From contig OY970194.1 of the NCBI GenBank assembly GCA_963708075.1, forward strand, positions 5,920,001 through 5,984,000: 64,000 nucleotides of DNA, given 5' to 3'. The position numbers and the translations under genes were made by a program. Positions 54,565 through 64,000 of the stretch are shown piece by piece. The first letter of the stretch is position 1, and each line of letters begins with the position of its first letter. The DNA is from Sedimentisphaerales bacterium (GTDB taxonomy: Bacteria; Planctomycetota; Phycisphaerae; Sedimentisphaerales; Anaerobacaceae). A model generated the notes under the pieces. It saw nothing but the letters and a program-made list of their open reading frames with translations, had not been told where the DNA came from and did not search any database.

Positions 54565-54823
54565 GATGAATACCTCCGGTCCAATCTGGTATTTGCACGG
54601 TAATCCATGGGTTTCTCCCGACTTTCTGCCTTATAGTGCGTCATCCAGGGGCGGCGTACCCCAAAAGAAAGTCCGGCCAACCTGAAAAATATTCAGTGGA
54701 AAAAGCACGTCAAGCCCGGGGTTTGGGCCCTGCTCACGTCCCGCGGCGTTGTGCCGGGCGGGGTTTTCCTGTATTCTATAAGAAAGTGCTTTCCTTTGAG
54801 GAGGCTTTGACATGACGGGAAGG

Positions 54824-55286
54824 ATGCATCCCACCCTGGATGCGGTGATACGGCTGGGCTACCGGTGGGCGTACCTGATGCTCCGCCTCTGGTGGCTGGT
54901 GCCGCCGCCCGCGCACGCGTGGGGCGGCGGTCGCCCTCTGGCACGAGGGCAAGGTCCTGATGGTCCGCACGAGCTACCGGGACTGCTACTCGCTGCCGGG
55001 CGGCTTCGTCCGTCCGGGCGAGCCGCCGGAGCAGGCCGCACGCCGGGAGCTGGTCGAAGAAGTCGGCCTCGATCTCCCGGCACAGGCCCTGTGTCACGCC
55101 TGGAACGGCACCGTGCAATTCGAGTCCCGCGAGGACACCATCGACATCTGGGAGGTCTCGCTGGACGAGCCGCCCGCCCTGCACATCACCGGCCGCGAGA
55201 TCGTCTGGGCAGGCTGGATGGACCCCTCCGCTGCATTGGGCCGCCGCCTCCTGCCCCACCTCGCCGCCTACCTCGCTCAACGCTGA
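54824..55286 (+). CDS. NUDIX hydrolase (frameshift at ~54902)
   Basis: Nudix box LPGGFVRPGEPPEQAARRELVEEVGL. The N-terminus (..LWWLV/RRPRTRGAAV..) joins if one C is removed. Confidence 0.82.
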
Positions 55287-56048
55287 GAAATGACCGGCCG
55301 GTGGTGGGTGACATCATTTCACTGTCAACCGGGAACTGACAACCGCCGACTTAGGACCATCTTTCTTCCCTTGGTTCTCCAGCCCTTACGCATCATAATG
55401 ATCCCCGCGAAACACCCCGAGGCAGGAGAACAGGGTCACAGGAGAGGAGAACAGAGAGGAGAACAGGGTCAGGTCTGCAATTTAGGAATTATTCGTGCGG
55501 ACGTTATCTGGAGACGCCACACTGATTTTGCCGGATGCATGGGGCAGGCTACCCATTCTGTGCTCGCGGTTTTCATGGGCTGGGCGAGGCGGGATCGGGC
55601 GTAAAGGGGCGCTTCTGTTACCCGGTGGCGCGGGCTTTGCGGAGGGGTTGGGTGGTCTGAGGCCGTGCGTGTCGGGCGGCTTTGCGGCTGCGGGCGGTGA
55701 TGGCGGCGCAGGCCTCGGCGAGGGCCACGCCGATGGGGACCGGGTCGGATTGCCGTTTCGCGGGGCGGCGCTGGAAACTTGATCGTGCGGACTGGATTCA
55801 TGGAATTCCTCTCTGTATCGACCGCCGACATGTCGGATGGATTCTGCGTTTGAAGTTGTCTGTGTTCATCATGCATATGGTCATTATACCATAGTTCCGG
55901 GCCAAGGCAAGGTGATTCCGAAAAAAACTGCGTTTTCACTGTTCCGGGGTGCTATACGCAGAAAGGGTGGACGAAGGTTTGTGCGTGGCCGATATTCATA
56001 GGGTGGCTGTAGCATTGCGGCCGGGTTCGATCTTGCAGGAAATGGGCC

Positions 56049-57758
56049 ATGGTGAGAATCAACATTGGTGGGTCCGGTGATAACGCGGGCAAACCTGCCT
56101 CCATTCTCGGCAGGTGCGGGCTATCGCTGTTCTTCTTGGTCTTTTTTGCGATGGGCTCGCTTTTCGAGGTATTTACTCTTCGCGAATTCGGCCGGGCGTC
56201 GGGGCAGCGGTTCTGGAAACGGGTGCCCTGCGCGATTGTGGCCAGCGAAGTCCGGGAGGTCGGCGGCGAGTCGCCCTATGCGATCACTATCGGCTATCAA
56301 TACGATTTTGGCGGGCGTCGGTATAGCGGCTCGGCCTACAAGCGTGGCTATTCGGCTTCTGATACGTACTCCGGCGTGCAGAAGATCGTGCAGAAATACC
56401 CCGTCGGCCGCGCCACTGTCTGCTATGTGAACCCCGGCAACCCGGCTGAGGCTGTTCTGAAGCGCAACAGTCTGCTCATTGGCTTTGCGGCTCTGTTTCC
56501 ACTGATCTTCGTCGCCATCGGGGCCGGGGGAATTTACTTCATCTGGCGCAAATCCCCGCCTGCCGAGGCGAGGCCGATTGCTCCCATCGCCCCTCGCACG
56601 AAGGGCAGGAGCAAGTACGCCGTGGCGGCGTTCTTTGCCCTGTTCGCCGTCATCGGCGGCGCGATGCTCTATCCGCTCGGGATTCGGCCGATTGCCAGGA
56701 CGATCGATGCCGGAAGCTGGCTCCCGACACCCTGTAAAGTGCTCCACGCGGAAGTCCGCGATCACGATAGCGATGACGGCACAACCTATAGCGCATACAT
56801 CCTCTACCAATACGACTTCAACGGTCAGACGTATAAGTGCGACCGGTACGAGTTCCTCGGCGGCTCGTCCAGCGGCTATGAGCGCAAGGCCCGCGTCGTC
56901 GAGCAGTATCGGACGGCCGCGAATCCAATCTGCTATGTCAATCCCAAGGACCCCTCCGAGGCCGTGCTCAAGCGGGGGTTCCATGCGAAGCTGCTGCTGG
57001 CGCTATTCCCGCTGCCATTCCTGCTGGTCGGGGTTGGCGGCATAGTCCGCGCGCTGCGGGGCAAGAAAGACAGCACTTCGTTTGCGGGGACACTGAGCAC
57101 GCAGGCGTCGGCTCCCGCGTCTGATCCTCTGTCGCTGTTGCGGCCGGTCGAGACCGGGCCGGCGATGCTCCAGCCCAAGTTCTCGGCACGGGCCAAGCTC
57201 ATCGGGGCGATCCTCGCGGCCATATTCTGGAACGGGATCGTTTCCGTCTTCGTAGCCGGCGCCGGACTGTTCATGATGATCTTCCTGCTGCCCTTCATCG
57301 CGATCGGCGTCGGGCTGATCGGGCTCGTCGTTTACCAGTTCCTGGCCCTGTTCAATCCTCGCCCGGCGCTGCAACTGAATCCGCAGACGATCGCGCTGGG
57401 CGGAGCGGCCGAGTTGCGATGGAGCTTCTCCGGGCAGATCAGCCGCATCCGCGAGCTCACGGTGACGCTTCGCGGCATCGAGCGGGCCACGTATCGCAAG
57501 GGCACCAGCACGTACACCGATGAGAGCACGTTCTACGAGCAGGAGCTCCACAGGACCGACAGCCTCGCCGAGATCGCTTCCGGGCAGGTCGGCTTCCTCC
57601 TGCCGCAGGATACGATGCACTCGTTCAAGGCCGACAACAACAGTATTGTCTGGAAGCTCGACGTGCGCGGCGATATCAAGAGCTGGCCGAACGTGCACGA
57701 ATCGTTTGAAATCGAGGTGACGCCGGGGACGTCCGGGAGGCAAGAGCGGCATGGGTAG
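56049..57758 (+). CDS. Membrane protein with two DUF3592-like domains
   Basis: Two repeats of TM-W..C.I..S/AEV...YQY...Y...CYVNP.P.EAVL-TM. Confidence 0.8.
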   Translation: MVRINIGGSGDNAGKPASILGRCGLSLFFLVFFAMGSLFEVFTLREFGRASGQRFWKRVPCAIVASEVREVGGESPYAITIGYQYDFGGRRYSGSAYKRGYSASDTYSGVQKIVQKYPVGRATVCYVNPGNPAEAVLKRNSLLIGFAALFPLIFVAIGAGGIYFIWRKSPPAEARPIAPIAPRTKGRSKYAVAAFFALFAVIGGAMLYPLGIRPIARTIDAGSWLPTPCKVLHAEVRDHDSDDGTTYSAYILYQYDFNGQTYKCDRYEFLGGSSSGYERKARVVEQYRTAANPICYVNPKDPSEAVLKRGFHAKLLLALFPLPFLLVGVGGIVRALRGKKDSTSFAGTLSTQASAPASDPLSLLRPVETGPAMLQPKFSARAKLIGAILAAIFWNGIVSVFVAGAGLFMMIFLLPFIAIGVGLIGLVVYQFLALFNPRPALQLNPQTIALGGAAELRWSFSGQISRIRELTVTLRGIERATYRKGTSTYTDESTFYEQELHRTDSLAEIASGQVGFLLPQDTMHSFKADNNSIVWKLDVRGDIKSWPNVHESFEIEVTPGTSGRQERHG

Positions 57759-58182
57759 GCTCGGTATCGAATTGAGTGGCAGCAAGGATGCATTCGCGCC
57801 GGGAGAACAGGTCGAAGGGCGAATCGAATGGGGCCTCGATGCGAATCCCAAGGCCCTAACGCTCTCGCTCCTGTGGTACACCAGCGGCAAAGGAACGCGC
57901 GACGCCCGCGTACTGCACACACATAAGATCGACAACCCCGGCGCTCTCGGCTCTGACAAATTCAGCTTCACTCTGCCCGCCGGACCCTACAGCTTTTCCG
58001 GCAAGCTGATCTCGCTGATCTGGGCCCTCGAACTGACCTGCACGCCCGGCAATGAGACAGTCCGCAAGGAAATCGTCGTCTCCCCCACAGGCCGCGAGAT
58101 CATCTTGGGTGGTCACATAGGTCCAATTGGTCCTATAGGTCCCATTTCGTCCATGCAAGGTGTGCCTTATGCGGGCGCGTGA
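57751..58182 (+). CDS. Hypothetical protein (beta-sandwich-like)
   Basis: Translationally coupled to the upstream gene; WYTSGKGT, PYSFSGKLISLIWALEL resembles the upstream gene's C-terminal domain. Confidence 0.7.
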   Translation: MGRLGIELSGSKDAFAPGEQVEGRIEWGLDANPKALTLSLLWYTSGKGTRDARVLHTHKIDNPGALGSDKFSFTLPAGPYSFSGKLISLIWALELTCTPGNETVRKEIVVSPTGREIILGGHIGPIGPIGPISSMQGVPYAGA

Positions 58183-58741
58183 CAATCCCTTCGCCGCCGA
58201 CCGTATCGAGCGCATTCATTACCGCTTCGCCGGGACCTCGCTCGACGAGATGCTCACGCGCCTTGATGAGATGAACTATCGCGCCGCCATCACCGGTCCC
58301 GAAGGCTCCGGCAAAACCACGCTCCTGGAAGACCTGCGTCAAGCCCTCGAACGCAAGGGCCGGCGAACGAAGCTTCTCTTTATCAACGATACGTCCCCTC
58401 TGTCTGATCCCGAGTGTCGCCGCTTCCTCACAGAGCTTGCCCCACAAGACCTGGTTCTCCTCGACGGCGCTGACGCGATCCGCCGATCTTCCTGGTCCCT
58501 GTTCCGCCGTCACACGATCACCCACGCCGCCGGCCTGATCATCACCTCCCACCGCCCCGGCCTGCTCCCAACCCTGATCCAATGCTCCACCACCCCCGAC
58601 CTGCTCCGACAGATCGCGTCTGAATTGGCTCCAACGGACCGTCCGATTCCTTCGACTTTGCTCGACGACCTCTACACCCGCCACCAGGGCAACCTTCGCC
58701 TCTGCCTCCGCGACCTCTATGACCTGCACGCTCAGACTTGA
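58169..58741 (+). CDS. Small P-loop ATPase
   Basis: GPEGSGKTT Walker A, VLLDG Walker B, IITSH, GNLR. Confidence 0.75.
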   Translation: MRARDNPFAADRIERIHYRFAGTSLDEMLTRLDEMNYRAAITGPEGSGKTTLLEDLRQALERKGRRTKLLFINDTSPLSDPECRRFLTELAPQDLVLLDGADAIRRSSWSLFRRHTITHAAGLIITSHRPGLLPTLIQCSTTPDLLRQIASELAPTDRPIPSTLLDDLYTRHQGNLRLCLRDLYDLHAQT

Positions 58742-58798
58742 TCAGGCCACAGCAGGCACGAAGATCATAGAGGGAAGAACTCTATGGCTTCGATTTGG

Positions 58799-58893
58799 GT
58801 TACCATACATAACGACGAAGTGCTATTAGTGTATGGTAACTCTTGACATGAGTTACCATGCTAGGTAGGATAGAATGAAGGGTGTATGGTAAC
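58799..58893 (+). promoter_or_regulatory. Sigma70-type promoter embedded in four GTTACCAT/ATGGTAAC half-sites
   Basis: TTGACA 58843-58848, 17-bp spacer, TAGGAT 58866-58871. ATGGTAACTC/GAGTTACCAT inverted repeat brackets the -35. Confidence 0.75.
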
Positions 58894-58917
58894 TTGTGTT
58901 CTGCGTGAGAAAGCCAT

Positions 58918-59235
58918 ATGAGGGTCATAAAGAGTGTTCTGAAGGAGGAACTTGCTAACTCCCTGGCCATGAAGAAGAGCTACGAAAGGGAACTGGCCAG
59001 ACTCCCTAAAGGTAGCCTTGTCAAGAAGACCATCAAGGGACACGAGTACTATTACCTGCAGGTCCGCGAAAAGGGCAAGGTGCGGTTCCTATATAAGGGA
59101 AAGCTCGCGGACGAGGAAGTCGAGAAATACGAGCAGGCCAAACAGTACAGAGCCAAGTACCGAAGACTCCTATCGGAGGTCAAGAAACAAATCAGGTTTC
59201 TAAGGACCACATTGCGTGGAAAAGAGCCAGTATGA
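58918..59235 (+). CDS. Small basic protein, putative DNA-binding antitoxin-like regulator
   Basis: LPKGSL..K.IKG..YYYL..R..GKV...Y.G pattern with coiled-coil flanks. Confidence 0.7.
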   Translation: MRVIKSVLKEELANSLAMKKSYERELARLPKGSLVKKTIKGHEYYYLQVREKGKVRFLYKGKLADEEVEKYEQAKQYRAKYRRLLSEVKKQIRFLRTTLRGKEPV

Positions 59236-59439
59236 ACTCTGTATCGAAGTCCTGCGCCTGAGAAGCGGGCGAAGGACAGAGAAGCAGCGATCAGAATCCT
59301 CCAGGCTCTCATTGACAAAGGCGAGGAAGACCTCCTGAGAAGCACGTTCCATGCCATGCCCCAAAGGTGGCAGACAAGAGTGAAGAAGCAACTCACGGAT
59401 CCTCTGGACAAGAATATCCTGAATACTCTCCAGCAGTGA
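59216..59439 (+). pseudogene. Internally deleted nucleotidyltransferase-fold (GSU2403-like) gene remnant
   Basis: GTG-EKSQYELCIEVLR fused out of frame at ~59257 to PEKRAKDREAAIRIL...MPQRWQ...stop. These resemble the N- and C-termini of this family as recalled, with the core missing. Confidence 0.45.
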
Positions 59440-59669
59440 GCCGGAACCCAAGTCGAGTCTGTGCCCAGCTTCTTCAGACCCACGGGTCGAGGGAAGTCAG
59501 ACAGTATTGGGATAGCAACCTGCTCTGCTGTCTGACGCCTCCCCTTCTTCCAAACTGCCCCTCTATGTGACTTAGCCTCTCCTCTGTGGTTAGAAGGAAC
59601 GTGCTTGACACGGACGACATGGCGACCTATCATGGTGAGGAAAGAGGGTCATGATAGGATTCATAAGAT

Positions 59670-62600
59670 ATGCCGGATAAAGGATTTACACACCTCCATT
59701 TGCACAGCCAGTATTCGTTGCTCGATGGGGCGATCTCGTTTGAGAGGTTGTTCGATCGGTGCAAGAAGCTGGGGATGCACGCCGTGGCGGTCACGGACCA
59801 CGGCAATATGTTCGGCGCGGTGGAGTTTTACACGAAAGCCAAGGCGGCGGAGATCAAGCCGATCATCGGGATCGAGGCGTATATTGCCCCCGGGAGCCGG
59901 TTTGATCGGACTAAGACGGCGATCTCCGATGCGGCCTTTCACCTGATCCTGCTGGCGGAGAATAACGCCGGCTATCGCAATCTGCTCAAGCTTGCGAGCA
60001 CCGGTTACGTTGACGGGTTTTACTACCGGCCGCGAATCGATAAGGAAGTCCTTGCCGAGTGCCATGAGGGATTGATCTGCGCGACGGCCTGTCTCAAGGG
60101 CGAGGTCACGGCGGCGGTGGCGGCGGGGGATATGAAGGCCGCGAAGCAGGCGGCCGAGAGCTATCTGAAGATCTTCGGGCCCGAGCGATTCTTCATCGAG
60201 CTGCAAAGTCACCAGGGCGACCAGCCACACGTCCGCCAGGGGCTCATCGACCTGGCGAACGAGCTGGGTATCGGGCTCATCGCCACCAACGACGTGCACT
60301 TTCTCGAACGGGAGGACTACGAGGCGCACAACTGCCTCTGTGCGATCAGCACGGGCAAGCTGGCCAACGACCCGGACCGGATGATCTACCCGCCGGACGT
60401 GTATCTCAAGAGCAGCGACGAGATGCGCGAGATGTTCCCGGAGGCGCCGCAGGCCAGCGACAACACGCTGGCCATCGCCGAGCGGTGCAACGTGGAACTG
60501 GACCTCAAGACGCAGCACGCGCCGCGCTATCGGACGCCGGACGGCTCGACGCCGGAGAAGTATCTCGCTGGCCTGTGCGAGGAGGGGGCGAAGAAACGCT
60601 ACGGCGAGATCACCACCCAGGTGAGGGAGCGGCTCGACCGCGAGCTGGGAGTCATCCAGTCGAAGGGCTTCTCCAGCTACTTCCTGATCGTGTGGGATTT
60701 CTGCAATTACGCCCGCGGGCAGCACATCCCGCTGGGCGCCAGGGGCAGCGGCGTCGGCACGCTGGTCGGCTACTGCCTCGGCCTGTGCGACGTGGACCCG
60801 ATCAAGTATGACCTGCTCTTCGAGCGGTTCATGGACCCGGCGCGAAACGAGATGCCCGATATTGACATCGACATCTGCCAGGCGCACCGCCAGGAGGTCA
60901 TCGACTACGTGCGCAAGAAGTACGGCCACGTTGCGCAGATCATCACGTTCGGGACGATGAAGGCCAAGGCCGTCATCCGCGACGTTTGCCGGGTCCTCGG
61001 CGTCCCGCTGGTGGAGGCGGACCGGCTGGCCAAGCTTGTGCCGTTCTCGCTCGATATGACGCTCGATAAGGCCCTGGAGACGGAGCCGGAGCTCAAGCAG
61101 GCGTACGAGAGCAGCGATCTGACTCGAAAAGTGATCGACATCGGGCAAAAGCTCGAAGGACTCGCGCGGCACGCCTCGGTCCATGCCGCCGGCGTGGTCG
61201 TCGCGGATGAGCCGTTGACGAATTTCGTCCCGCTCTACAAGGCCTCGGGCTCCGACGACGTCATCACGCAGTATGAAGGCCCGATGGTCGAGAAGGTCGG
61301 CCTGCTGAAAATGGACTTTCTGGGCCTCAAAACGCTCAGCGTTCTCGAACGGGCCCGCCAGTTGGTCCAGAACAAGCACGGCGGCGAGATCGACCTGGAG
61401 AAACTCGACCTGACCGACCAGAAGGTCTTCGGAGTCTTTGCGGCGGGCCGGACCAAGGGCATCTTTCAGTTCGAATCGGGCGGGATGCAGGATCTGCTGA
61501 TGAAGATGAAGCCGGACCGCGTCGAAGACCTGATCGCGGCCAACGCCCTGTACCGTCCCGGCCCGATGATCCTGATCCCCGACTACATCGACCGCAAGCA
61601 CGGCGCCAAATGGTCCCTGCCCCACCCCATCATGACCGAGGTCCTCGAAGAAACCTATGGGATCATGTGCATCCATGAAGACGCTCGAATTGCCATGGCT
61701 GATGGCAGTGAGAAACCGATTCGGGATGTGCGGACAGGCGATTATGTCCACTCGCTGAACAGGGCGGCATCACAGTTTGAGGTCAAAGAGTGTCACGGAT
61801 GTGGCCCTACCCGCCACGGCGACGGGGTGAAGATAACGCTGGAAAACGGCTTCTCGGTCACGCTTACCGATGATCACGAGGTCTATACTTTTGCCGGCAT
61901 GAAAGAAGCCGGTAAGCTCGACCCGGCCGTCGATCTGGTCGCCGTCGGACGGCACCTGCCACAGGCTCAGGCGACAGCCAGGCACTTAGCGCCTTGGCTT
62001 GGCGCTGATGAGGACGTGGCGTACTTGCTTGGCTCGCTCATTGGTGACGGTGCGATGACTGGCAAAGGTATCTCGTTGGCTACGGGCCGCGAAGAGGACC
62101 ATCGAAAACTTCTCACCTGGATGCACGAGCAGCTGCCGTCATTGCACGCGCACGAGTATTTCCACGGGCGATCCTGGTACCTGAGTCTGTCCCATCCCCA
62201 GTTGCTCAACGATCCGGCGCACGGTAACCGCAAGACGCGACTGCATCAACTGCTGGAGACCCTGGGGATGAAGGTGTCGGCCCGGCATAAGCATGTTCCG
62301 GAGGTTATCTTCCGCTGCAACAGGAAGGTTCGAGCAGCATTTCTTGCCGGGTTACTGGATGCGGATGGATGCACCGCTATAGGTACGAAGGGCGTGGCGG
62401 TCTGTTTCCTCTCGTCATGCTCACGGATGCTGCTTGAGGATGTTCGTCGTCTCTGCCAGATGGAAGGCATCCCCACCACGATTCGACCGAACCGTATCCA
62501 GTTCTGGGACTTGCAGACGTTGTCACGTCTCGTTGAGCCGTATCTTCTCGTGCGGCGGTTCACGGGAAGACTGACCCAGGGCCGGTCTGTCGGCTGGATT

Positions 62601-64000
62601 CCACGATCGCGTCTGCTTGAAGCCGTCCCCGCTGGCGAATCGCTCCGTGGCTTCTCCGAGCGTACCGGCATCATGCGTGCCGGCATGAAGCATGACTTTC
62701 CGTTTGTGAAATCGATCACTGCTTTCAAAGCAGGAATCGATCTCGGCGGTGTTCGTTATTATCGCATCACGAAGGTCGAGCGCGTCCACGACCAACAGTT
62801 CTACGGGATGTCTGTGGCCGACCATCACAATCTCGTGGCCAACGGCATGGTTGTAAAGAACTGCTATCAAGAGCAAGTCATGCAGGTGTGCAATCGCCTG
62901 GGGGACATCCCGCTGCGCAAGGCTTATACGCTGATCAAGGCGATCAGCAAGAAGAAGGCGAGCATCATTGCCAAGGAGAAGGAGCGGTTCCTTGGGGGGT
63001 GCGTCAGCAAGGGGCTGAAGAAGAATGACGCGGAGCAGATCTTCGAGTTGATCGAGCGATTCGCAGGCTATGGCTTCAACAAGAGCCATTCCACGCGGTA
63101 CGCGTTCATCGCCTACCAGACGGCGTACATGAAGGCCCATTGGCCCGTCGAGTTCATGGCGGCCCTGCTGACCTACGAAATGGGCGACACGGACAAGGTC
63201 GTCGAGTACATCGGCGAGTGCCGGGAAATGGACATCACGGTGATGGCGCCGGACGTCAATGAAAGCGATGTCGATTTCACGCCCTCGTACAAGGAGACCG
63301 GGCAGGGCAGCAAGGGCGTGATTCGTTTCGGCCTGGCGGCGGTCAAAGGCGTCGGCGAAAAGGCGGTCGAGCATATCATCGAAGCCCGTAAGAAGCTTGA
63401 GCGATTTAAGAGCCTGTTCCACTTCTGCGAGAACGTGGACCTGCGAGCGGTGAACAAGCAGGTGATCGAGGCGCTGATCAAGGCAGGCGCGTTCGACCGG
63501 TTGGGCGGCAACCGCCACCAGATGATGGCCGGGCTGGAGAAGGCGATGGAAATCGGGGCCGGCCTCCAGAGCGACAAGGTCAGCGGCCAAATGAGTCTGT
63601 TCGGACAGGCCACCACGGAGGTGGATTATGCCGAGGATCACAAGCGGCTGCCTGAAGTGGCCCCCTGGCCGGAATTGCAGATGCTCGCGCACGAGAAGGA
63701 GGTCCTCGGGTTCTACGTCACAAGCAACCCGCTGAGCCAGCATGCGGAAGCGATCAACGACTACTCGACCACGAACACCGCCCATCTTGCCCAGAGCAAC
63801 GGGCAGGGCAACGGCGAGAAACAGGTCATCGTTGGCGGGATGATCACGAAGATCCGGTATAATCTGACCAAAACCGGCCGCAATGCCGGCTCCAAGATGG
63901 CCGTCTTCGTCCTCGAAGACCTGCAGGGCCAGGTCGAGGTCGTCCTGTTCCCCGATACGCTCAACGACTATGCCTCGCTGCTCGCGGAGGATGCCGTCGT
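59670..64000 (+). CDS. dnaE: DNA polymerase III alpha subunit with intein (3' end runs off the window)
   Basis: MPDKGFTHLHLHSQYSLLDG (PHP), TDHG, RGSGVG, LLFERF, MPDIDID, KMDFLGL, FAGYGFNKSH, start of the OB-fold. Confidence 0.97.
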   Translation, partial: MPDKGFTHLHLHSQYSLLDGAISFERLFDRCKKLGMHAVAVTDHGNMFGAVEFYTKAKAAEIKPIIGIEAYIAPGSRFDRTKTAISDAAFHLILLAENNAGYRNLLKLASTGYVDGFYYRPRIDKEVLAECHEGLICATACLKGEVTAAVAAGDMKAAKQAAESYLKIFGPERFFIELQSHQGDQPHVRQGLIDLANELGIGLIATNDVHFLEREDYEAHNCLCAISTGKLANDPDRMIYPPDVYLKSSDEMREMFPEAPQASDNTLAIAERCNVELDLKTQHAPRYRTPDGSTPEKYLAGLCEEGAKKRYGEITTQVRERLDRELGVIQSKGFSSYFLIVWDFCNYARGQHIPLGARGSGVGTLVGYCLGLCDVDPIKYDLLFERFMDPARNEMPDIDIDICQAHRQEVIDYVRKKYGHVAQIITFGTMKAKAVIRDVCRVLGVPLVEADRLAKLVPFSLDMTLDKALETEPELKQAYESSDLTRKVIDIGQKLEGLARHASVHAAGVVVADEPLTNFVPLYKASGSDDVITQYEGPMVEKVGLLKMDFLGLKTLSVLERARQLVQNKHGGEIDLEKLDLTDQKVFGVFAAGRTKGIFQFESGGMQDLLMKMKPDRVEDLIAANALYRPGPMILIPDYIDRKHGAKWSLPHPIMTEVLEETYGIMCIHEDARIAMADGSEKPIRDVRTGDYVHSLNRAASQFEVKECHGCGPTRHGDGVKITLENGFSVTLTDDHEVYTFAGMKEAGKLDPAVDLVAVGRHLPQAQATARHLAPWLGADEDVAYLLGSLIGDGAMTGKGISLATGREEDHRKLLTWMHEQLPSLHAHEYFHGRSWYLSLSHPQLLNDPAHGNRKTRLHQLLETLGMKVSARHKHVPEVIFRCNRKVRAAFLAGLLDADGCTAIGTKGVAVCFLSSCSRMLLEDVRRLCQMEGIPTTIRPNRIQFWDLQTLSRLVEPYLLVRRFTGRLTQGRSVGWIPRSRLLEAVPAGESLRGFSERTGIMRAGMKHDFPFVKSITAFKAGIDLGGVRYYRITKVERVHDQQFYGMSVADHHNLVANGMVVKNCYQEQVMQVCNRLGDIPLRKAYTLIKAISKKKASIIAKEKERFLGGCVSKGLKKNDAEQIFELIERFAGYGFNKSHSTRYAFIAYQTAYMKAHWPVEFMAALLTYEMGDTDKVVEYIGECREMDITVMAPDVNESDVDFTPSYKETGQGSKGVIRFGLAAVKGVGEKAVEHIIEARKKLERFKSLFHFCENVDLRAVNKQVIEALIKAGAFDRLGGNRHQMMAGLEKAMEIGAGLQSDKVSGQMSLFGQATTEVDYAEDHKRLPEVAPWPELQMLAHEKEVLGFYVTSNPLSQHAEAINDYSTTNTAHLAQSNGQGNGEKQVIVGGMITKIRYNLTKTGRNAGSKMAVFVLEDLQGQVEVVLFPDTLNDYASLLAEDAV
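61668..62861 (+). mobile_element. Intein with LAGLIDADG homing endonuclease (398 aa) in DnaE
   Basis: ETYGIM|CIHEDARIAMADGSEKPI ... TDDHEV ... YLLGSLIGDG ... FLAGLLDADG ... HNLVANGMVVKN|CYQEQ. In frame, 1194 bp. Confidence 0.95.

Noticed and set aside
24789..55286. Frameshifts in the symporter (~25570), PQQ protein (~41617) and NUDIX (~54902) as programmed recoding or true pseudogenes
   Set aside because: These are single-base indels in short C/G runs within otherwise intact genes, in an assembly with other indel artefacts. Sequencing error is more parsimonious.
55469..55939. 156-aa minus-strand ORF and nearby GGAGAACAG repeats (~55424-55466)
   Set aside because: Low-complexity Pro/Arg-rich translation with no motif. 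The repeats are short, irregular and have no spacers.
59661..63785. 696-aa and 420-aa minus-strand ORFs
   Set aside because: Antisense to dnaE, which the ORF track omitted because it has no stop in the window.
1..64000. CRISPR array, tRNA or rRNA genes
   Set aside because: No regularly spaced repeat-spacer array, cas gene or recognisable structural RNA was seen by eye. A covariance-model scan was not possible.

Overview
GC-rich bacterial chromosomal window. Gene content (many PQQ-propeller, DUF1080, CotH/lamin-tail, ECF and HNH-AP2 genes; heptamer/REP repeats) suggests an anaerobic Planctomycetota such as Phycisphaerae, but this is inference only. It runs from a partial truA (left edge) to a partial dnaE with a 398-aa LAGLIDADG intein (right edge); the ORF track misses both. 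In between are dinG, two large membrane proteins with GATase/DUF4350-like domains, a lower-GC Gabija defence pair, and a hydroxyproline dehydratase (HypD) locus with peptidases and a Na+/solute symporter. There is also a short pyruvate kinase, an ECF/anti-sigma pair hit by IS630, a MarR regulon with two visible operators, an ISKra4-like IS, a two-copy MITE and a decayed toxin-antitoxin-like pair. The best candidate for an undescribed system is a terpenoid gene cluster (28676-38841). It combines a radical SAM protein resembling archaeal GDGT ring synthases (GrsA/B), a ferredoxin, a DUF116-polyprenyl synthase fusion, an MFS transporter and two prenyltransferase/squalene-cyclase-fold proteins, with no squalene synthase in the window. 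Four separate frameshifts share one lesion (GAGACC->GAGAACC), probably a modification-linked sequencing artefact. All family assignments come from motif recognition by eye; no database searches were run.
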